Assembly (NCBI RefSeq): GCF_037042905.1
Contig: NC_087251.1
Location: forward strand, 4,590,001 to 4,654,000
Length of the DNA: 64,000 bases
Direction: 5' to 3'
Source of the DNA: Lytechinus pictus
Lineage: Eukaryota
The notes beneath the pieces were generated by a model that saw nothing but the letters and a program-made list of their open reading frames with translations, did not search any database and was not told the DNA's origin. A program made the translations under genes and the position numbers. Each line of letters begins with the position of its first letter. The stretch's first letter is position 1. Below, one piece after another: positions 53,845-64,000 of this stretch.

Positions 53845-56800
53845 TAACTAAACTATTCTATATAATTATGTTCATCACAGACAAACAAAAATATTGGAAT
53901 GAGAAAGAAAAAGATATAGATTAATGAACATTGCTATACTGCAGGGGCGTAGACAGCAGGTGGGGGGGGGGGGGGTCATCTTCAACTAATCAGGTGTGGG
54001 ATCGTGTATACAATCATTTGTAGGTAGAAAAAATAAACAAAAATAGTGATATTTTGCGTTCAATATAAACTTAAAGTTATTATCATTATTATCATAATCA
54101 TAATTATCTACTATTATCATTATCATCTTTATCAATATTAAATTCCAAATGATACGAATACACAAAAAAGACGGTTTTCCGATTCGCTCGCTCGCAATAT
54201 GATGAAAATAAGTGTGTGTCTTGGGGGCGCCTGTTCTTAACAAAGTTCCAAGACCAAGAAAAACAAAGAGATACGAAGAAAGAAACGGAAAGTAAAACAC
54301 AGATTGATCATGTCAAAATCTGTCACAGAATTAGTTTTTCACTGCTAATTTTAAGCCTATTCGCCTCGCTCTCTAGCATTTTCTTTTTGAAAATTGCTCC
54401 CAATACACCATGTACTGCCCCTTAATACGCAACTGCGAACACCCACTCACACACCCTCACACCCACCCACAGTGATGGATCCAGCATCGCATATATACAA
54501 ATCATAAATGTGATAGATAGATAGATACACACACACACACACACACATTTATTTTTTGTTGTATGTTTGTGCTAAACAGTATAACTGTATTATACATTAT
54601 AAGAAAAGAAAAATCCCTAAAATGATCATATTGTATTTAGCAACACATTCATAATTCATAGACTATCCGAGAGACGAAGAAAATATTTTTAGAAATAGAT
54701 TGATAAGAACTCATAGGCCTACATTTTGCAGCTCTTTTTTTGTAAGACATCTTACCTTGATACAAGGGTGTTGAAGCAAACGTGTTTTGTCGTGTTCTTC
54801 CTTTGAGGTAGAGGGATTTAATGGTTGGAATATAAATGAGATTCACTGAGGCATTTGACAAATTGGGGAAGCCACATAGGTCTTTGTCTGCTTAGGTCTC
54901 GATATCTGAAACGACCTTTGACATATGTCAGGTCATGCTAGGGTCATTTGTCAGTTTTCTCATCACATATCTAATTTGAAATCAATCAAATTAATCGTCT
55001 TGTCCATCCATCTTGTGACAAAAACGAATAATATCGCCAGGAAAATTTAAATCGTAAATCAACTTTGTCCGATTCTACCATTAAGGTTAAGGCTAGCAAA
55101 AAAATGAGGATCAGATTTGTGTTGAATATTATCATTCAAATTATTCTTGTCACTCCGTTCGGCTTATTTTTTCCTTGAGAGTACAAGAGATTGAATAAAA
55201 TTGGATGGTGAACAACCATGATAACTGCAAGTACTGGGAGGTATAGAAGCAACGCCTGCAACCTGGAAACAGCAGTGGTATATAGGCATAGTCTGTTTCT
55301 TTACCAAAGTTAATCTTCTACTTGTAGGTTACTTGTAGCCATCGTTTTTTGTTTTACCATTGTTCCCTTTTCATTGTCAAATCGTAAAGGCACAATTTCA
55401 TTTTCAAATTTGTAGAAGAAATCGTTTTTTTTTAATACACCCAGATTCATTATTTTGGACTTACAGTTTACCCATACCCCGGGTTACATAATATGATTTT
55501 AATTACTTGGCACCAGCTTGACAACTATTGTTGAAACTGAAATTATTCCTAGCATAAGACCAGTATAGTGTAAAAGTGAAGTAAATGCTTCATTTCAGAT
55601 GGGTAATAGATGATTAATTTCATTTGCATATCCTTTTGCTTGTCTTCAAGTTGCATTTTCTTATGGTTTCAACGATAGCGGCCGTATTTGGTGTGAAAAA
55701 AATCAAAGACCTGTTTTAGCTTCAAATGGGACGTTTTATTTAAGCCTTCTTCTTTCTATCAGAGTCAAACACCATCCACATGATCCCTGTTCATAGGAGT
55801 GGCGATATTTGATGTTGTAAATGGGGGGAAGGGAACACATGATTTTAATGGTCCAAATATGTTTCGAGAGGTAAATGCGGTAAGTGATGTTATGTCATAA
55901 AACAAAGCTATAGCAAGCTGAAAAATATCGCGAAACGATAGTAGCATTTAGGATCAAAATCTATCAAAACGTCGAAGAAAAGGGATGATCCCCTCAAAAG
56001 CTTCATGCTTTTACCTTGTTTAAGCGATATTTTGCCAACAGCATAGCTGTGCACATGCAGGATTTTTTTTTATCTGGGTAACGTAAGGTAGTGACGGGAA
56101 TTGTGTGATTTGAAAATGAAAACAAAGTCATTGTAATACAATGACTTTGTTTTCATTTTCAAATTGATATTGTATGTTCTTGTGTACACTTTGGGTGGCA
56201 TTTTGTGACAAAAATAATATAAGAAAGTGGATGTTGCAAATTCTTCGAAACTCGGGATAAAAGGATAAGAGCCACACATTTCTGCTGCGTACGTCAACAT
56301 GGTCAACGGCCGAAAGAATTGCAAATTTTTGGTGAATTCTTTAACTACTTAGATAATAAGAAGGCGAAATGACTTATCTCTCAACGGGAGAATGGGTAAT
56401 ATATTAAGTCATTTTTATTACTGTTTCAACGACAAAACATGCTTTTCTGCAGGAAAGTGGAAAGTAGTTAGACAGTCACGGAAGACGAGTTAAAGTAGAC
56501 AGTTGTCGGATTTGAAGGGAGACTGGGGGCGGTAGAGCATGAGAGACACGGCGTCTCGGATGTTTTCATGGGCGTGTCCAGGAATAATTCTTCAAGACAT
56601 TGTTTTAGAAATGGAAAAGTTAAGAAGTGCAGGTCTTAAGTGTAACCGATGAAAATGAGGGCAATTTCTTTTTATTTGGATTTGTTATGACGTCACGACA
56701 TGGTGTAGATTGATCATTGGTTTTGATTGTTTATAAGGGTTTTAATATCATGCTATTTTTATAAATATATTTTAACAAAATTTATGATTAAGGAGTGCAA

Positions 56801-56879
56801 TACGTGGGCATTATTAAAAATAAAATAAGGCAAGGTAATAAACCATTGAAACTTATCAAATTTCACAAATCTGAATAAT

Positions 56880-58018
56880 CACTGGCGTACCGTGGGTCAC
56901 GGCATGGGGGGGGGGGGGGGGCACCAGCAAAAATTTTGAGTCACCTAGTGATTGCCAGGTATACCGATCTAATAGAGATATTTTAAGATATGTATCTCAC
57001 TTATCAAAAAATGCGAGCACGAAGCGCAAGCTGAAAATTTTTTATATTCAGACCTAAAAAAATATTCAAAAAAATAAAAATTAATCATGATACGTATCTG
57101 TCTCACTATACAAACAATGCGAGTGCAAGCACGAGCTGAAATTTTTATATATATATTGATCTCAAACGGCATTTTAAGGACCATTTTTATGAATTAATAA
57201 AGAGGATACGTATTTCATCACAGCCATCTCATGCGAGCGCCAAGCGATTTTGTTAGAATTACACGTAAACACATGAAGCAATTTTTGTAGTCATTGTAGT
57301 CATGAACATGATACGTATATCACTAATTAAATATTGCGAGCGCGAAGCGCGAGCTGAAAATTTTTGAAATTCAGACCTGAAAGATGCATTCTAAGGCTTG
57401 TTCGTAGGAATTCACTAAGACCGTATACGTATTTCACAAACCAAATGGTGAGAGCGTTAAGCTCGAGCTGAAAATTTTTGATATTCAGACCAGAAAAAGG
57501 GACATTGTAAGGACTGAATTTAGGAATTCATGAAGAGCTGACATATCTCACCAATCCACTAATGCGAACCTGAGTAAGGACTGGAAATGTTTTATATTCA
57601 TACCTTAAAAGGGGCAATCACTTTAAGCAGTCATAAAAAGGAAGCATATGACACTACATAAAACAATGATAACTCGAAGTGCGAGGAAATTTTTTTTTGG
57701 GGTATATTGACTTGAAAATGGGATGTTTTAGCACAACATGATTATATATATCTCATTAAACAGACAATGCGAGCACCAGGAATGATGAACACATAGGCCC
57801 CAAGCAAATTGTGTTTCATAAAGTTATGAAAAATATTACTTATGTATTATAATATAGTATAACATAATATAATATAATATACAACAATTTATTCTGCCCC
57901 CACTACGTTTCTCTTTCTTTCTCCCTCTTTTTCTCCTTTCCCCCCGTTTTTTTTTTTTTTTTTTTTGCCAGCCGATTTGGGAGGCACGTCCCCCCATGCC
58001 AGCGTAGTTATGCCACTG
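56880..58018 (+). mobile_element. hAT-like family A copy 3
   Basis: Termini cactggcgta/tatgccactg; TSD tgaataat/tgaatgat; collinear with copies 1 and 2. Confidence 0.92.
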
Positions 58019-61000
58019 TGAATGATCATTCCTTTTTATTTGCTCATCATAATATAAGATAAAATAAAAAAAAGTGTATAAAACAGGCATAATTTATAGT
58101 CAGTGGCAAACTAAATTAAACAATAAACTGAGAAAAAATGATGTGGAATGATATTTCTTCTGGTTCCATAAAATTCCTACAGCCCCCCCAAAATACACTT
58201 TTAATTTCTTATTCTCTGCTTCTACCCCCCACCCTCTCTCTCTCTCACTCGCCCAAAAATATGGGAAAATAGACATTCATCTTGTTCAAACTTTTATGTT
58301 TTAATGTGAATTTGCTCTTTTAATAGGGAGAGAACGTATCAGTTTGATCATGAATGACTATAGAAATGTCAAGACTCACCTTTTATCACTTCCATTGTTA
58401 GGGTATACATTTTTTTAAATCCCGCATTCTCAAATTGTTGAAAAAAACCCATAAAAGTGTCTTATCGCATGAACAATGCTGATGATGATGTAAATAACAT
58501 AAGACCTGAATAACTGTTTACGAAACACTATCAATGATAAAACATTCAGATGTTATTTAATTATTACCCTCTTTTAAAGCAGACAAGGTGAATATTCAGA
58601 TTCTCAAGATAGTGACCATGATGAAAATCTAATTAGAAGATAAATGAGGCCATGGTCACTACTATAACCGAGGAACAATAACCGTAAATAACCGTGAAAA
58701 ATATGTCACGGATGATGGTCATAACTATGCATTATTGTTTTGTGCTACAAAGATAACGAGAGGGGAAAGACCCGGGAGAAAAAAAACGGGTATGGACAGA
58801 GACATACAAGAGGGAGAAAGGCAGAGGCGATATAGAGAAAGAAAGAGAGGTAAACGGGTGAAGGGGGAGAAAGAGAAGAAGATAAAAAAATCAAACGAAT
58901 AAGATTGTTCTCTCATATTAAGCTATCATTGAGCTATTGGAGTAATTGAGGTGATAGAAATTAAAAAAAAAGGCTTGGCAATACAGAAAATATATATAAT
59001 AGATATCAGAAGAGGAGCAAAAGAAATACCTTACATTGCACGTGCGTACTAAGCTTCGAATAAAAGAGCAAAATATGTAGCATGACGCGTCGAATCAAGC
59101 CCATGAATCTTTATATTTCGTTCGGTAAATTGAAATAAAAACAAGTATTTCTTCTTGCCATCTTCTACACGGTTGAGAGGATGGACAGCTAAGTTGACAA
59201 ATTTTCTCTGAGTTGATGTAAACTGAGTGTTGATGGTGTCTACTGACTGATGAGATACTGCCGCCATGGAAGTCATACATCTCACTACCAGACACCAGCC
59301 ATGTCAAAAAAAAAAAACCAGCTACAAAATCCAACAGAAAGAAAGCAGTTAAAGGTATGCGCAGTTTGAAAATATTTTCATGAGATGGGAAGGGGGAGTA
59401 AAGACAGTCCAGAAAATGTTTAAACATTTGGGAATGAAATGATTGTTAAAAAACCAGTGTTGAAATAATGCCACAATATTTTGGCTGTAATTGAGAAACG
59501 GATCATCATCACTCCTTTGCGTCCATATTTTGATATAAGTTTCAAAATGACCAGCTGACAATTATTTCAAAATAACTTTACTCTTGCTTTTAAAAGGACC
59601 CATATACCAATATATCGAGCATTGATCAATCAGTAAGAAAAATATGATATCGGGTTTATTTCAAACTGATAAAAAAATACTCACTTGAGACCCCTGTCCT
59701 TCATTTGACAAAAGAATATTTGAGAAATAAGCGCACATTTTTTCTAAAATTCAACCTTTAAATAAAATGAGTGGAAGGGGCTATCAAGACAGAGGTATTG
59801 GACGGGTTTGTTTGTACATGTCAGGTTTGTGTGGTTTTCTTGTCGTCTACTTTCGTCTACTAATGACCATCGATCACGTGACGTGACGTAATGACGAATG
59901 GGCGCCAGAATATGAGTGACGGCTTGTCTGGGTGGCAAAACAAACCGGGAGCGTGTTCTGTTATAGATGGCTTGAAATAACGCGCGGAATCGTATCACAC
60001 CCAAATCCATCACTAAACTCCGAGAGGGTAAAATGACAGCCAAGTTGGAAGGGGAAAAATCTTTGTAATGTACATCTTTGGGGGTCAAAGTTGACCAAAC
60101 GTTATGGAATACATCCTATGGTAGATGGAGAAAGGGGTCGGTATGGTGATAGTTACTGCAATCCTTCAAGCAAACCAATGAAACACAGAATAGCGTGTTC
60201 CAACATTCGTAAATTTTCAGGGAGTTTTCGAATTTAGATGCCAAATTGTCGAGAGTTTTGAATATTCATGTAGTTAATCATATTGATGAATAGAAGAATA
60301 TGACCGTTACATCTATTTTCATAAACGAAGCCTATATCATTTTGATGAATTGATTGTCACTTGTTAGCAATAATAAAAAAATCATTCCGCATTCATGGCA
60401 TTGCTATTTTAGAAAAAAAAAGTTTCGTAGAAAGTAAAATGATAATAAGAAGCATAAACATTAAGGTACTATGGGTTTGTACATTACTGGGTAACATTTA
60501 TTTTTATTTTGTTTGTTATTATTTGGTTTAACTTTTCTTCAAATACATACAACCCCAAACAAGAACAACAACGTCGGTAATGATAATAATAATGATTATA
60601 TCACTACTAATGCTACTAAGAAATAAAAAAATCTGGTGACGTCACATGCGAGGTATTCCCTTATATTACTATGAAATGCCATCTTCCCAGATTTTTTATT
60701 TATTTATTACTTTGCCTGTATATACATACAAACACATAAATTTAAAAATCTTTAAACATAAGTGAATTCGTCATAAATCACTAAAATCACCAAAAATATA
60801 CGGCATATGATTACAACCCAGACTAACTAACAAGAAATGACGTAAAAAATAAAACATTAAAGATTATTATATCTATTCTAATGTGATGTAATTTCACTTA
60901 ACATTCGTTGGTGTTTTTTAATAATTTTATCTTTATATTACAATAAATCGGACGCCGAAGTGAATTGTGAATATTGATAGACAACATGACACAAATCTTT

Positions 61001-62974
61001 GTACAGGTTTAATTAATTCACTTGTTTGACTCTCAAATCATTCATTACTGACTGGGAACGAACAGTGACGTAGACGTGTCTTCATACCTGATTTTCATAT
61101 CGGCCAATAAAATAAAAATATATTTTCATAATAGATTATCGAGATCGAGCGACATGTTCGACTCTCCAAGATTTCAGTAAAAAGTTAAAGCATATCCAGA
61201 CCTAAACTGGATTTGAGAATATGGACCAATGGCTCATTCTTTTTCGAAGACCCAGTTGAAAATTAAAATTATATCACTGTTTTGAGCACAGAAAATTACT
61301 GATTTTACATTTATGGCGGGTCTTGAACATGAATACCTTGTTTCAGTATGATTACATTATATATTTATATTACCAGAACCCAATCACACACTGTTATTCC
61401 ATGTGTTTCCTTATATTTTCTGTTTGACGTCATCTTCCTCCTCCATCGAAACTTCAAACTAATTGATGACAATGTTTCATTATGACAGCTTTATCTGATT
61501 TGCCTAGGGTTAATAGACATCGCTTGGCATTAACAATGTGATGCTTTTACATCCATTACTACCTCTTACCAGGTGTAAAAAAAACCGCCAAATGATTCAA
61601 GAAAACTCCCAACGCTCCCTGAATCATAATATATTTTCAAAAAAATGCTTACTCTTCGGCTTGTCATCAAATGCATTATGAGTTGAGTATGGCGCTACGG
61701 CAACGGGGTACTAACATAGCAGTGAGCGTACATAGGTCACCTAGCCGACCGTGGATCGAGACTTTCCTGATGACGATCGCGTCAATTCAAGCATGGCGCC
61801 CATGAGCTCAGGTGTCAAAATGTGGACGAGGATGTGGATGAAGAACACACTTTCTCATTCCTTTATAACGGCAATCACTGCATTTCAGTGAGCTAATTCA
61901 CCCACAGATATCTTATTTATTTACGGACTATTCCATTTCTGGCGACAAATCACCCTTTTCCTGCGCGCATCCGAAACGCCTGCTAATATGTCGCTTCCTT
62001 CCAGTGCGTGATATTGATACCAGTACAGGTTTTATCAATGACATAAATCAAATATCGTTCATACGAATCAATCAGTGTGCCTTAGTATGACCTTTCATTT
62101 AAAAACGACATTATTTATATTAAATACAGGTAAACGTTGCAGCTGTGAATAGATTTGCACTGTATCGTGCTTTTAAAAAGAGAAGTGAAAATTGTAGTGC
62201 TTTGAATCAATTTTTTTTTATAAACTTGTAATTTGGAACTTACTGAGGTGATGACGAAAATCATGGGATAAATATTATTATTTACATAATTTAAGGAATT
62301 AAATTGATTTCTTTTGAGAGCAAGCTAATTTTATTTACTACTAACTTTCCATACTTTTCTGTATGTAAATAGTTATGTATACAAGACAACGTGTGTTTTG
62401 GTTTATTGCAATAACGCATCAAACAAGCACTTCACAGGCTAACCATATTCAATTTGCCAAACAGGAATCAGTAAACAATGCAATATAATCATATGAATAG
62501 TATTAATCATCATATGAATAATACACATTGTAGACCAACGTAAGCAGAACACATATTATGGCTCTTGTAAGATAAAAAAATTATTAAGAAAAAATGTTGT
62601 TGTTTTTTACGCTATTGTGAATTAGAAATAAAAATATATTTCGAACTGAAAGATATTAATGGTTGCGAATTTTGTAGATAGTATGCAAAAATTTGTAAAT
62701 GCGTTTTTCATTAGTTTAGCACAGATGAGTACAACAATTAAAATCTTGTTTGAAAATTGAGAGGTATTAATAGTTTGCAAGTTGTACTATTAATATTATC
62801 AGACCAACATTGTACATTGTACGGTAACCAAATGCCGGAGCTCTTTCTCAGCATATTATTCAATTTTGTATGCATTTCACTCTTAATTCTAAAAAATGAA
62901 AAATACATATTTTATTGTTCGAAATAGAAATCTGAAACACATGTACTCCGAAAGTTATTTTTACCAAATCGTGG

Positions 62975-63105
62975 GCCCGGCAGCAACTGTAGAGAGTGAG
63001 ATCGACGTTACTCTATCCTTTGTTGAACGCCTAACAGGGTAGCAGCAACTCCCATCTTTTGACGTCTTTTGGGGGTATTTTGGTCCCATCTTTTAACGTC
63101 TTTTA
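62975..63105 (-). mobile_element. Possible SINE body fragment
   Basis: Reverse complement aaagacgtcaaaagatgggagttgctgctaccctgttaggcgttcaac resembles invertebrate tRNA-SINE bodies (from recollection); local duplication of cccatctttt-acgtcttt; no tRNA head visible. Confidence 0.3.
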
Positions 63106-64000
63106 ATCTCTTTTAAGTTGTCTAAGGTAAGCCTTGAATATCCTAAAAGGACTATTAACAAGATTAAATTCTACAAAATTCTGGAAAATTATTTACAGGC
63201 CTTGTCTCCCTAAACTTTTTTTAATGTCATGTTTAGCCGAGGTTTGAGTCTGAGGCTGAGTTAATGCCTTCAAATTTACATTTAATGTTAAAATAATCTA
63301 TTGTTCCATGTTTGTGTTACAATGTTGTAATGACTATCGTTACAGATCCTTCAAATATTATATTCCACTATCAATCTACTATTTTTTAAACTTTTGAAAT
63401 GTTTAATCAACTTGACATAATACTAACTTAATATTTCCCAGGTGAATTACTTCAAGTATATACCCTTAATAGTTGGTTGTGGTTAAAATTAACATTCCTT
63501 TAAAAGGATCATTAACTACTGACCGCTGGGTTTATGTGATCGTGGTTACTGAGTTCCAATTTGTGTAGCAATCTAACCATGTAACCTACTTCCATTACTT
63601 CCTTGAATAATTTATTGAAACGGATCTTATCAATATTAGAGAACACCATGTACCAACTTACCTTTCTTTGGTTATCTAAATTTAGATCGATAACATTCTG
63701 CTATAACCAAAGCTGGTATGTCAGTTGAGATAAAATATCAATAGTATAAATACAAATGCAAACGTAAACTCTAAGATATAGCATGTCATACCTATGTGGG
63801 ATACGCAAAATATAATTATGGCAAGAAAAATTTGAGTTTATTAGGAACTTATTGCATAATCTAAGTTGTTGTATTGCAATTGGGATCGAAATGGAAAATC
63901 TCGAACGGATGTAGATTGCTATTATTATTAAAAGTATTCACATTTCAGATTGCCAGAATCTTTACAGCTTCTTTACTATTTCATAAGCAATTTAGAGTGA

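Noticed and set aside
53942..54435. Possible hAT-like element starting caggggcgta
   Set aside because: The right terminus is degenerate and the flanks do not form a TSD; the same applies to orphan starts at 2979 and 12149.
59049..59427. Minus-strand ORFs with protein-like stretch SEMYDFHGGSISSVSRHHQH
   Set aside because: No clear splice boundaries or domain match.

Overview
Eukaryotic, AT-rich, repeat-dense genomic DNA; the repeat families look echinoderm/sea-urchin-like (my inference). The only protein-coding gene I can fully reconstruct is an 8-exon + strand mitochondrial 2-oxodicarboxylate carrier (SLC25A21/ODC), CDS join(17105..17156,17793..17841,18871..18954,19857..19986,20673..20780,21439..21603,22027..22208,23086..23200), 885 nt, 294 aa. 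Two weaker minus-strand exon signals flank it: a divergent first exon at ~2434-2439 and a convergent terminal exon at 31246-31387. Their orientations match MIPOL1 and Pax1/9 in the deuterostome pharyngeal gene cluster, but neither identity can be shown from this window. The rest is three decayed CR1/L2-group LINEs, many non-autonomous DNA transposons (hAT-like 8-bp TSD, Kolobok/piggyBac-like TTAA, Tc1-like TA, CMC-like 2-bp TSD), several in 2-3 level nests, and a ~33 kb gene-poor stretch with enhancer-like patches. There are no prokaryotic features or CRISPR arrays, and nearly all ORF-track entries are spurious. I found no convincing novel biological system; the best leads are the synteny context and the transposon nesting patterns.
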